This document shows positions 28,096 to 37,574 of a stretch of 64,000 nucleotides of DNA, piece after piece. The stretch covers positions 736,001 to 800,000 of the forward strand of contig CBDCTZ010000016.1 of assembly GCA_965222375.1 (NCBI GenBank), given 5' to 3'. The translations under genes and the position numbers were made by a program. The DNA comes from Polyangiaceae bacterium. GTDB taxonomy: Bacteria > Myxococcota_A > Polyangia > Polyangiales > Polyangiaceae. The notes under the pieces are model-generated. The model worked only from the letters and a program-made list of their open reading frames with translations, searched no databases and had not been told where the DNA came from. Positions within the stretch are counted from its first letter, which is position 1. Each line of letters starts with the position of its first letter.

Positions 28096-28240
28096 CAAGC
28101 GTCCAGAGATTTCCTGAGATGCTTTGCATGGGGGCGACGTCCATGTCGGCGGCTGAATCCCGCAAACGTCAGTTGGCGAGCACCATCCGCGAAGGCGCGC
28201 GTCGGGTGGCGCCATCGCGTTGAGCTAGCGAGCAGATCGA

Positions 28241-29746
28241 CTATTTCGCGACTCTGAACAGTCCCGCGCCGTTCCAGTTCGGCGTTTCGCCCTGAACGCC
28301 GAAATAGATCGCCGTCGCGTCGGCGGAGAGGCCCCCCGGGCCTTTGGCCAGTGGTGGACTGAGCGCAGCCGGCGTCCCGCCGGACTTGGTGACCCGCCAG
28401 ATCCGAGCCTCGCCCACAGTGGTGAAGTAGGCGTAGACGTCATCCACTTCCAGGCTGTTGGGGATGTCGAGGCCGGCCGCCAGCGTCTCCTCGCTGCCGC
28501 CGGCTCGGGGTAGGCGACGGACCGAATCTTGATCCACCCAGTAAACATGGGTGGCATCGAGCGCGATGTCGCTCACATTCACGCCGCCAACCAGTGTCTC
28601 GACCGAGCCACCGCTCGTCTTGATTCGTTTGACACCACCAACTCCTTGCTGAGTCGGATGTCCCCCGTCGGCCCAATACACATAGCCACCGTCCACAGAC
28701 AGGCGGCGTGGGTAACGTAGGGAGCCGGCCAACTGGGTGACTGCACCCCCGCTCGGCCTAACCATGAGCTGTCCATCCACGAAACCGCTGGCATTGGTCC
28801 CGGCGTTGGTCCAAAATATGTCGCCGTTGCTGAGCGCCACGCCACGAGGGCCCGCCTGGTTGGTGGCTACGTCGGTCCTATTGCTACCGTCATGCGCTGC
28901 TGAACGGACTGCACCTCCGTTGAGGCTCGTCCAGTACACGAGTTGCTCGTCCGCTGCGATACCGTCCGGTGTGGCCTGATTGCTGGCGATTTGGACCACG
29001 CCGCTGGTCGCATCCCAGCGATAGACTGCGCTGGCATTGGTCACCGAGGTGAAGAAGACGTTGTCGTTCAACACGGTGGTTTGATAGGCACCGGGTGTGG
29101 CGCCGAGCGCGACGGCCTGGCAGATCGAAGCGGTGCACTGTCCGCCCTGACAGCCATGCCCGCAAGCACCGCAGTGCTCCGGACTCTTGCTGAGATCCGT
29201 TTCGCACCCGTTTTCGTCGACGCCGTCACAGTGCGCGTACCCGCTCGCACATTGGAAGGTGCAGAGCGCCCCGGCGCAGCTGGCCTGCGCGTTGACTTGC
29301 CCGCAAGCGTGCGAACACGCACCGCAGTTATCCGGATCATCCTGCAGATTGGTCTCGCAGGCATCCGCCGGGTCGCCGTTGCAGTCGCTGGTGCCTGCCG
29401 GGCAACCGGTGCTCGCGTCTCCAGAGCACGTCCCCGTGCCCGCGCATTCGACCGGCACGCACGTGCCCCCTTCGCAGGTCTTTTGCGCAGGACAGACCAC
29501 GTTTACACAGCTTGCATCCATGCGAATAGGCAGCGTGAGCGTCGTGTGATCGACGAACCGAATGCGGCGGCGCGCTACGATGCAGCCACCTGCGAAGTTG
29601 TCACTCACGCACTCGTCCGGGGACTTGCCCAGACCCGTGACGACCGCGATGGACACCGCAGCACTCGCTCGACTCGGCACGAGAACCAGACTGCCAATTC
29701 TTCCTGAAAGAGCGGTGGTGTTCTTGGTAGAACGCCGAACTGAAAG
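28241..29746 (-). pseudogene. N-terminally truncated Cys-rich surface protein with C-terminal beta-propeller
   Basis: GRIGSLVLVPS...GCIVARRRIRF block; DCNG...CETNL.DD.DNCGAC repeats; VYWT propeller blades. No signal peptide or good start: the frame begins immediately after a TGA. Confidence 0.65.
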
Positions 29747-30298
29747 TCAGCGCTCGCAGCGATTGCGTGCCCAACGCGAAACGCTCCGAAACGTGATGCT
29801 GTGGTTGGCGCCGTCGAGGGGTTTGATCGCGGCGAGTGGCTTGCTACCAGTGCCTACGTCAAAGTCCAGGTTGCGAACTTCGGAGTGGGTCGAGTTCCTG
29901 ATCACGAGCATTGAAGCCTGGGATAGCCCGCCGTCCCAAACGATCTTTGCTCGACCGCCGCTGCACACGAGAGACGTGCTGTTTTCCAGTAGAATCTCGC
30001 TCGTGGTGTTGTACGTCCCGGGTTGGAGTGCTGCGACCCCGCCGGCGCCAGCGTTTGCGATGGCGGCATTGATATCGGTGAGCGTGAAGCTGTGTTGGGT
30101 TGTCGCCATGCGCTCGACGCTTCCACGTTCTTCCTCGACGTCTGTCGTGCAGGCCGTAAGCGCCAACGCGCCAACGCCCGTACCGAGGATTGACGAGAGT
30201 TCACGCCGCGACGAGTCGGCGGCTTCATCGAGTCCATGTGTGGTTCCGGGCCCGGGCGCATCGCTGGTATTCCCGAGAGCGCTTTTTCTTGCTGCCAT
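29747..30298 (-). pseudogene. C-terminally truncated Tat-lipoprotein with pectate-lyase-like beta-helix N-terminus
   Basis: AGGAG RBS; SRREL...LALTAC; INAAIANAGAGGVAALQPGTY...ILL...SLV and EVRNLDFD beta-helix start; stops after ~2 coils. Confidence 0.6.
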
Positions 30299-30516
30299 AG
30301 AACGACTCCTGAGTTCGCTGACTGGGCCATCAGGCTGGCTAGAGCCGTGGCTTGCCGCTGATACTAGGGACGCCTACTGAAGGACAGAAACCGTGAACGT
30401 TTGTCCCTCATCCGCCGATGGTGGGCGGGCGCCCTGTGGGCGTTGCTCTGAGTTGTTTGGAGTGCGGGCCACCCGCGGACCATCGCGCGCGCTTGCCGCA
30501 CAGCCGCATCAGGTCG

Positions 30517-32310
30517 TCAGTCCGTGGCGGTGCTGCGGACGCCCAGTTCGACCTTCCAGCGTTCGTCAGGTTTGCGGGCTTCGAAGGGGACGGCTTCGAT
30601 CAACAGCGTGCCGACGGGCGTGATCTCGGCCGCTAGGTGTACGGGTACGATGTCGCCGTCGTTGCGGCCTTCGGTGGGCAGGGTGACTTCGATCGGGGAT
30701 AGCTCTTCTAGTTCGCCGTCGTCCCAGTCTTCTAGGGCGGTGCCTGCGGTGTCGTGGCGGCGCTGGGTCGAGCCGAAAAAGCGGAACTGCACCGGGTGGC
30801 CGACCACGATGCCGAGTTCGTGGGGTGGGAGCTCGGCCTGGGTGCCTTCCTCCATGCCGAAAGGCGCGACGCACATGGCGACGATCGGCGGCTCCATGCC
30901 GGGGACTGCGGGCGCGGGGCTTTCGATGCCGATGTAGTAGGCCCGGGCGGTGCCGCCACGGATGCGCAAACCGTGACCTTCTCGCACGCGAGCGTAGAAC
31001 GCGGCGCCGCGCGCTACCGCAAGATCCGGATCGTCTCCGGGCAGCACCCGCACTGGCGGCGCGCCGTCGCCCTCGAGCCAGCCATTGAGCGCGGCGAGGA
31101 TACGCTCTCGCACTGCGGGCGCCTTGACCACCCCGCCGTTGAAGAGCACCGCGGTGGGTCGCAGCATGCTCGTGTTGCCCAGGACGCCCGCATTGCGACC
31201 CAGGAAGCCTGCGAGGTGCTTGGTGATCCCAGGATCCGATGCGTAGGGCAGCCCGAGCTGGGTCAGGCCGACCCGGGCCCGGGCGGCGGGACGAGCGTCG
31301 CGGCTCACGGCAGGGAAGAAGCCTTCGAGCAGGAGCTGCTGCACTTCGGCGCGGGTCAGTTCGGAGCGCAACGCATTTCCCATCAGTGCTGAGCCTTTGC
31401 CGGCGACCGCGATGGGCACGCTCTCGGCGCTGTCGTTGGAGAGCAGGCGTACTTTGACGTGTCGGCAGGCGTGGGCGAGGGCGGCGGCTTGAAAGCGGTC
31501 GACCTTCTTGCCATCGGCTTTGAGTTTTTGGGCGACGGCGTGGGCCAGGGTCAGGTCCATGTTGTCGCCGCCGAGCAAGATGTGATCGCCGACGGCGATG
31601 CGCTCGAGGTCGAGAGCGCCATTCCGTTCGACACATCGGATGGCCGAGAAGTCTGTGGTGCCGCCGCCGATGTCGATTACCAGCACCACGTCGTCAGGAC
31701 GAAGGTGTTGGAGAAAGTTGGAGCCCTGGGACGCGATCCACGCATAGAGCGCGGCCTGCGGCTCCTCCAGCAACGTGAGGTTGTCGAGACCGGCGGCGTA
31801 GGCCGCTTCGACGGTGAGGTCCCGGGCCGCGGCGTCGAAGGAAGCCGGTACCGTGAGGATCACCGGGTAGTCCGCTAGGGTACGGTCGTGCTTGGACTGC
31901 TGAGACTCAGCCAAATGATCTAGAAAGCGGAAGGAGGCTTCGACCGGCGAGATGGCCTCGATGTCCTCCGGGGCGCCCGGCGGCAGCGCCGGGCTGCGGC
32001 GATCGATGGCGGGATGGCAGAGCCAGCTCTTGGCACTGGAGATGACCCGCTGTGGAGCCTCCACGGCGCGGGCGCGGGCGAGCTCCCCGACGCAGAAGCG
32101 GCGGCTTTCGTCCCAAGGCAGAGCGAGGGCGCTTTCGACCTCGGTCGCGAAGTAGAGGAAGGACGGCAGGAGCGCCTGCTCTTCCAACTGTCCGCGAGCG
32201 ACGAGCTGAGCGGTGGGTTCGACTTTGGGCGCATCGGCCTTGTCGGACAGCTCGATGGACGCGAGGGCGGTGTGGGTCGTGCCGAGATCGATCCCAAACG
32301 CGCGGCTCAT
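30517..32310 (-). CDS. DnaK-related Hsp70-family protein (597 aa)
   Basis: GIDLGTT, TVPASFD, LEEPQAA, DIGGGTTD, GGDNMD, LFNGG, DLAVARGA. Confidence 0.92.
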   Translation of the reverse strand: MSRAFGIDLGTTHTALASIELSDKADAPKVEPTAQLVARGQLEEQALLPSFLYFATEVESALALPWDESRRFCVGELARARAVEAPQRVISSAKSWLCHPAIDRRSPALPPGAPEDIEAISPVEASFRFLDHLAESQQSKHDRTLADYPVILTVPASFDAAARDLTVEAAYAAGLDNLTLLEEPQAALYAWIASQGSNFLQHLRPDDVVLVIDIGGGTTDFSAIRCVERNGALDLERIAVGDHILLGGDNMDLTLAHAVAQKLKADGKKVDRFQAAALAHACRHVKVRLLSNDSAESVPIAVAGKGSALMGNALRSELTRAEVQQLLLEGFFPAVSRDARPAARARVGLTQLGLPYASDPGITKHLAGFLGRNAGVLGNTSMLRPTAVLFNGGVVKAPAVRERILAALNGWLEGDGAPPVRVLPGDDPDLAVARGAAFYARVREGHGLRIRGGTARAYYIGIESPAPAVPGMEPPIVAMCVAPFGMEEGTQAELPPHELGIVVGHPVQFRFFGSTQRRHDTAGTALEDWDDGELEELSPIEVTLPTEGRNDGDIVPVHLAAEITPVGTLLIEAVPFEARKPDERWKVELGVRSTATD

Positions 32311-32862
32311 CTACAGCTCCAGCTCGGCTGCGGCCAGGACGCTGGCGTCGTGATCCCCGACGAGCTCGGGCAAGTGGATTTCCTCGGCGAGCCAACCACG
32401 ATGACGCAGCGTACCTGCGTAGGGGCCAGAGCCGACGACATCGCCAACGAGCTTCATACGGTCGGCGTCGATGGGGGCTTCGACTTTGAGCTGAGCGCCT
32501 TCGTCTTCGTCCCGAACCGGTACGACCCTGACGTGACCATCGAGTGCCTTGCGACAGCCTTCGTGAACGACGCGCGCGGCGGCGCCGATTTCGTCGTCGG
32601 AGAAGTCCGCCACGTCTTGGCGCAGGAAATCCACGAGTCTGCCTTCGCGCTGGAGCAATCCCAAGAGTTGAAGTGCGGGCGTCAAGTCGCGCTCGGGCTC
32701 GGACTCGGACTCGGACTCGGCGCTGCTTGGTGCCGGTGGCAACGCCGCGGGCTCTTCGAACAGGCTGAGCGCTCGCCTGGCAAACGAGCCATCGAAGAGC
32801 ACGCGGAAGAAGAGCGAGAAGCTGAGTCCCAGGCGGCCAAGAAACGATACGGGTGCACTCAC
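32311..32862 (-). CDS. DUF2760 domain protein
   Basis: ALQLLGLLQREGRLVDFL...IGAAARVVHEGCR...GTLRHRGW...AELEL; abuts the Hsp70 gene. Start uncertain (ORF open to 32958). Confidence 0.85.
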   Translation of the reverse strand: MSAPVSFLGRLGLSFSLFFRVLFDGSFARRALSLFEEPAALPPAPSSAESESESEPERDLTPALQLLGLLQREGRLVDFLRQDVADFSDDEIGAAARVVHEGCRKALDGHVRVVPVRDEDEGAQLKVEAPIDADRMKLVGDVVGSGPYAGTLRHRGWLAEEIHLPELVGDHDASVLAAAELEL

Positions 32863-33127
32863 GGCGCGAGCATACGTGGGCGCCGCGACAAAGCCAGCGT
32901 GGAGGGTGCGGCGCAGGATGACAACCCTCGCCGCTAGCGCGATCGTGCATCCACCCATTCAGGGCGGCGCTGCGAAAACCCGAATGCTATCGGGCTAGAG
33001 TGCCAGATTCGGCTGCTTTCTCGCAGGATTTCGCCTCCTGAGACCCGAAGGGTGGAGTGTTGGTCGCGAGCGTACACTTGAACGCGGCTTCTCTCCGCAG
33101 GTCACGCCATCCACAGGAGCTTACCAA

Positions 33128-34177
33128 ATGACGCGTATGAAGGGACAGACGACTAGTACCTGCTCCGAGGCTCTGTGCCTTTGGGGCGCGCGACTGGCTG
33201 TGACGTGCGGGCTGATCTTGAGCGGTATTGTCGCGTGCGGTACCAGTGACTCGAATCGCGTCGGGAGTGGCACTGAGGCCGGAGGTGACGGAAACGCGGC
33301 CGGTGGGAGCAGCGGTAGCGGGGGAACGAGCGGAAGCGCTGGTGCCGGCGGCATGGCGGGGAGTGGCGCCACGGCGGGGAGTGGTGCCGCGGCGGGGAGT
33401 GGTGCCGCGGCGGGGAGTTCCGGCGACGGGGGCGGCGCGGTGCCGATCGTGTGCGCACCTGGCGGGGATATGGTGCAGCTCGTGAATTCGGGGCAAGAGC
33501 TGTTGCATGAGAGCTGGCCGACGAACGCACTCACGGGCCACAAGGGATTGTTCGTCGTTGAAAAACACCATCGCGGATATGTTTGGCTCGCGGGGGCCTT
33601 TCCCGACAAACCCTACGATGCGGCGCCGGGAACCTACCCAGTTACGCTCGCGGGGTTGTTGGCGCCGACTACCAGTAAAGCGCCGGGCAGCGTGATCTGT
33701 GCCGCTAACACCAGCGTGGAGATAAAGGCCGAGCCTAACACCGTGTCTCGGACGCTGCATGGAACCGCTGCGAACGTGCTTGGCGCCTGTCCCGGGAATC
33801 CTGTCCCCGGAAGCTTGGACTTGTGTTCGACCTGCAGCGGCGTGCCGCCGGTGAACGGTAGTATCAACGGCATTGCGCCGGTGGACGTCAACGTCGGCAC
33901 TCTTTCTGGATTGGGTCCGTACGTCGATCTCGATACTGCGGACTTCACGATTCGAAGCTTTGCCGCCGGATTCCCCCAGAGCGGCAAGTCCGGCGTTATC
34001 GATTTCGCAATCGTGTTTTCCAAACCAGACGGACCCTATCAGGGGGCCGTCTTCTGTGCCGGCTCGGGATCGACTTGGGACTACACGACGAACCACCGAA
34101 TATCGCTGAGGTCGTTCAGCCTACTCGGCAACTGCAAGACCGCACCGGGCAAGGCAGAATTGCGCGTGTGTTTTTGA
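33128..34177 (+). CDS. Hypothetical Gly-rich/Cys-containing lipoprotein
   Basis: AGGAG RBS; IVAC lipobox; AGSGAA 18-bp repeats; two similar C-terminal halves (GSVICA / GAVFCA...LGAC / LGNC). Confidence 0.75.
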   Translation: MTRMKGQTTSTCSEALCLWGARLAVTCGLILSGIVACGTSDSNRVGSGTEAGGDGNAAGGSSGSGGTSGSAGAGGMAGSGATAGSGAAAGSGAAAGSSGDGGGAVPIVCAPGGDMVQLVNSGQELLHESWPTNALTGHKGLFVVEKHHRGYVWLAGAFPDKPYDAAPGTYPVTLAGLLAPTTSKAPGSVICAANTSVEIKAEPNTVSRTLHGTAANVLGACPGNPVPGSLDLCSTCSGVPPVNGSINGIAPVDVNVGTLSGLGPYVDLDTADFTIRSFAAGFPQSGKSGVIDFAIVFSKPDGPYQGAVFCAGSGSTWDYTTNHRISLRSFSLLGNCKTAPGKAELRVCF

Positions 34178-34341
34178 GGTAGCCGAGACGCGGCGGGCTC
34201 ACACAGTCGGAGCCTATGGGTTGCGCACATGCAGCGCTCTGCTCGTCCCGCCGTGGTGTCACGCGGCCGCGCGGATGGGCTCGGGAGTAGTGCCCCAGGG
34301 GAAACAGGGAACCGACCCCAACCCCAGCCAGAAACCTTACA

Positions 34342-34374
34342 ATGTCCAGTGTTAACAATGTTAATATTGGACAT
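34342..34374. promoter_or_regulatory. AT-rich 33-bp palindrome, putative operator
   Basis: ATGTCCAGTGTTAAC-AAT-GTTAATATTGGACAT: 15-bp arms with 13/15 match, 60 nt upstream of the Nif3 ATG. Confidence 0.5.
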
Positions 34375-34434
34375 CTTCCTCGAGCTGGCAGAGCGACCAC
34401 CGGGTTGTCGGTTCTCGCGCTATGTTCCGACGCC

Positions 34435-35514
34435 ATGGCCGTCGTGCTTTCACGTTTGCTTGGCATTCTCGACGAGATTGCGCCCCTCACCTACGCGGAG
34501 GAGTGGGACAACGTCGGCCTGCTGATCGACCCGGCGGGCACCGCCGCCATCAGCGTTTCACGCCTGCTCTTGACCATCGACTTGACTCCTCCGGTCGTGA
34601 ACGAGGCCGCGGAGCGACGCGCGGACATGATTGTCGCCTACCACCCGCCGATCTTCAGGCCCCTGAAGCGATTGCGGCAAAGCGCGCCCGGCGAGCGGGT
34701 CGTGATGCAGGCCATTCGCGCGGGATTGCCGGTGTATTCGCCGCACACCGCGGTCGATGCGGCACCGGGTGGCGTCAACGATTGGCTGGCCCAGGGGCTC
34801 GGTCCCGGTGTGTGTCGGCCCCTCCAGCAAGCGACCAACAAGGCCCAAGCCGGTGAGTGTCGGGTCGGGGTACTGACGAATCCCGATGAGGTGGCGACGC
34901 TGCAGCGCGCCTTGGTCAAAGAGGTTGGCGTCCGTCGCATCGCCAGCACTGGTGCCCAGCGAGCCGACATGAACGGGCGGCGGCGGGACGATCTGTGGCT
35001 CGAGTTCGTCACCAAGCGCGCAGCTCTGACCAGTGTGGCCGAGGTGCTGTCGCGAGTTCGCGACGGAGGCGACGTGGTGTGGGACGCCGTGCCCCTGGCC
35101 GACAAGCCGCATCTGGGCGCCGGCATGGGTCGGAGCGTGGCATTGCAGGATGCGCTGAAGCTCCCGGAAATCGTTGCGGCCATGAAGGAACACTTGGGCC
35201 TGAAGTCCCTTCGGGTCGCAGCGGCCGAAGGTCACGAACGTGGCGAACAGATTGAACGCGTGGCCGTATGCGCCGGGGCGGGTGGTTCGCTATTCGAAGG
35301 CCGATCGGGTTACGGCTTGTACATCACCGGGGAAATGCGCCACCACGACGTCCGCGAAAAAGTCGCCGCAGGAGCCAGCGTGATCCTGTGCGGGCACACC
35401 AATACGGAGCGTGGCTACCTGCCGCACTTGGCCAAGCGTATCGACACAGCGTGTCGGGGCGAACTCAAGGTCATGCGATCGAAGCGAGATCGCGATCCCT
35501 TGATCGTCGTGTAG
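34435..35514 (+). CDS. Nif3-like dinuclear metal centre protein (DUF34)
   Basis: AEEWDNVGLL, AYHPPIF, YSPHTAVD...GGVNDWL, VAVCAGAG, ITGEMRHH, GHTNTER. Confidence 0.92.
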   Translation: MAVVLSRLLGILDEIAPLTYAEEWDNVGLLIDPAGTAAISVSRLLLTIDLTPPVVNEAAERRADMIVAYHPPIFRPLKRLRQSAPGERVVMQAIRAGLPVYSPHTAVDAAPGGVNDWLAQGLGPGVCRPLQQATNKAQAGECRVGVLTNPDEVATLQRALVKEVGVRRIASTGAQRADMNGRRRDDLWLEFVTKRAALTSVAEVLSRVRDGGDVVWDAVPLADKPHLGAGMGRSVALQDALKLPEIVAAMKEHLGLKSLRVAAAEGHERGEQIERVAVCAGAGGSLFEGRSGYGLYITGEMRHHDVREKVAAGASVILCGHTNTERGYLPHLAKRIDTACRGELKVMRSKRDRDPLIVV

Positions 35515-35518
35515 CGCC

Positions 35519-36415
35519 TCACTCTTTGGCGCGGCCGAAGATCTTGGCGCCGACGGGGACGGACGAGGTGATCCATTGATTGCCACCGATGATGGCACCT
35601 TTGCCTATCACCGTGCCGCCCCCGAGGATGGTCGCTCCGGAATAGATGGTGACGTCGTCTTCCAGGGTTGGATGGCGTTTGGTGGCCGGGTCGAACTCTC
35701 TGCGCTCGCTGCGCTTCGTCGACAGCGCGCCGAGGGTGACGCCCTGATACACCTTGACGTTGCGACCAATCACACTGGTTTCGCCGATCACGACGCCGGT
35801 GCCATGATCCACGAAGAAACGCTCGCCGATCTTGGCGCCCGCGTGAATGTCGATCCCGGTCTCGCCGTGGGCGTATTCGCAGATGATGCGGGGCACCATC
35901 GGCACGCGCTCTTTGTACAGCGCGTGGGCAATTCGGTAGGCTGTGATCGCTTCGAGGGTCGGATAGGAAAAGACGATTTCCTCGATGCTCTTTGCGGCCG
36001 GGTCTCCATCGTAGGCTGCCAACACGTCGGTATTCAGAATGCGGCGTAGCTCCGGCAAGGACTGGAAGAGGCGCAGCACCACGTCCTCGTTCCAGCCGTC
36101 CGCGCGGCTGATGTCCACGCGCCCGACACGCTCTTCGTAGGTGACTGCACGAGCGATCTGTTCGACGAGGATCTCGTACGCAGGGTACAAATGCTCGCTC
36201 AGACTGTGACGCAAATTGGAGCGACTTAGCGAGCGGGTGGAATAGAAGCCCATGTACAGCGCCGTCTTCAGGCAGTTGAAGGCTTCGATGACGGCGCGCT
36301 TGTTGGGCAGGGCCGCACTCTCGAGATTGTTGATCTCTTCCGGGCCGTCGTAACTCTCGACGACGCCGTCGATGCTGCGTTCCAGATCTTCGATGCGGAT
36401 TAGTGGGCGGGACAT
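35519..36415 (-). CDS. cysE: Serine O-acetyltransferase (EpsC-type long form)
   Basis: DPAAKS.EEI..SYP, TGIDIHAGAKIG, DHGTGVVIGET, YQGVTLGA, KRHPT. Confidence 0.9.
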   Translation of the reverse strand: MSRPLIRIEDLERSIDGVVESYDGPEEINNLESAALPNKRAVIEAFNCLKTALYMGFYSTRSLSRSNLRHSLSEHLYPAYEILVEQIARAVTYEERVGRVDISRADGWNEDVVLRLFQSLPELRRILNTDVLAAYDGDPAAKSIEEIVFSYPTLEAITAYRIAHALYKERVPMVPRIICEYAHGETGIDIHAGAKIGERFFVDHGTGVVIGETSVIGRNVKVYQGVTLGALSTKRSERREFDPATKRHPTLEDDVTIYSGATILGGGTVIGKGAIIGGNQWITSSVPVGAKIFGRAKE

Positions 36416-36678
36416 GTGAGGACGCACACGGAAGAAGTCGCTGTTGACAGCAGCCAGCGGAGCCTCGGAGGCACCACCTATCGTCGGCTTCTTGATCACT
36501 GTAGCGCTCCCTACTGCTCGGCTGCAGCCCAGGTTTCAGCCTGAGGTGACGGCCTATTTGGCTATCGTTGCACGTTCCGTCAACGCAGCGGGTCGGTCCT
36601 TGGATTGTAAGCAGCTGAAGTTATTGGCTATTTCTGACCAAAATTGCCTCCATGGCGATGCGTGCGCATCTTCTCGCC

Positions 36679-37179
36679 ATGAGCGATTCGAAACCGCCCG
36701 CCTCCAGCGATGAGCCCGATACCCAGAGCGCCGAGCCCAACTCCAACTCCCGGGCCGCTTCTCAAGATCTAGCCGATGGGCTGGAGCTGATGCTGCGCGC
36801 GGCTCGCAAGGTCGTGAAAAGGGTCGACCCAGCGAAGATCGAGACGGCGGGTCGCCGAGCCATGGATAACCTCGAGTCCTTGGATGCAAAGAAGGTTGGC
36901 GATTTCGGAAAGAAGGCTGCGAAGAACCTCGACCCCAAGAAGATTGAGGAAGTCGCGGGCGATGCGGGGCGCGAGCTCTTGAGCGTGATCGAGCGAGTTG
37001 CCGACCGCATGGAGAAGATCGTCGACCGCGCCATGACCGAGGAAGAGGGCGGCGACAAAGCGTCGGGCGAAGCAAAGGGCGACGCGAAGTCAGAGCCGCC
37101 GCCGGCTGAATCAAAGGCCCCCTCGGACGGTGCGGGCAGCTCGAGGCCTCCGCCGCGAGTGCGCGTCGACGACGCCTGA
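36679..37179 (+). CDS. Hypothetical helical protein
   Basis: Charged amphipathic repeats (VDPAKIE/LDAKKVG/LDPKKIE); ends PPPRVRVDDA; divergent from cysE. Confidence 0.7.
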   Translation: MSDSKPPASSDEPDTQSAEPNSNSRAASQDLADGLELMLRAARKVVKRVDPAKIETAGRRAMDNLESLDAKKVGDFGKKAAKNLDPKKIEEVAGDAGRELLSVIERVADRMEKIVDRAMTEEEGGDKASGEAKGDAKSEPPPAESKAPSDGAGSSRPPPRVRVDDA

Positions 37180-37183
37180 CGAG

Positions 37184-37573
37184 CTAGCCGGCGTCGCGGC
37201 CTTTGCGCCGAACGATTGCGATGCCAAGGCCAGCTAGGCTGAGTAACCCCGGTAGAGCGCCGAAGCTCAGGCCGAGCGTCGTGCAGGTTCCCGCCTCTTC
37301 GTAGCCCACTCTGCGAATCGTCTCGCGTTGGGTGGGGTCGATGCTGTTGCCAGACACGGCGCCGTCGACCACGCTCTTGCCGTAGCTGGTGCCGATCACG
37401 CCCGCCGCGGGAACCGTGAGCGTGAGGCAGAAGGCTACCAGCGCGATTGGGAGGCCCCACTTCCGCGTGAAGAACGCCAGCCCGATCGCGATGAGCGCCC
37501 CCACGAGCGAGACGATGGTTAGCAGCAGGACGAGGTAAGCTGCCCAGCCGCATTCCATGAAGGTCTGGGCCAT
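37184..37573 (-). CDS. Small multi-pass membrane protein
   Basis: MAQTFMECGWAAYLVLLL...; three hydrophobic helices; starts 1 nt after the stop of the upstream gene. Confidence 0.7.
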   Translation of the reverse strand: MAQTFMECGWAAYLVLLLTIVSLVGALIAIGLAFFTRKWGLPIALVAFCLTLTVPAAGVIGTSYGKSVVDGAVSGNSIDPTQRETIRRVGYEEAGTCTTLGLSFGALPGLLSLAGLGIAIVRRKGRDAG

Positions 37574-37574
37574 C

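Noticed and set aside
29720..29749. In-frame TGA as a selenocysteine codon with SECIS
   Set aside because: The downstream stem is short, its loop (ACCA) lacks the G typical of bacterial SECIS, there is no redox-motif context, and both flanks look like truncated unrelated genes.
27366..30516. Insert between the Hsp70 genes as an IS or prophage
   Set aside because: No transposase, integrase, terminal inverted repeats or target-site duplication could be seen.
34342..34374. Palindrome as the chromosomal dif site
   Set aside because: It lacks the 11-6-11 layout and the XerD arm TTATGT(T/A)AA.
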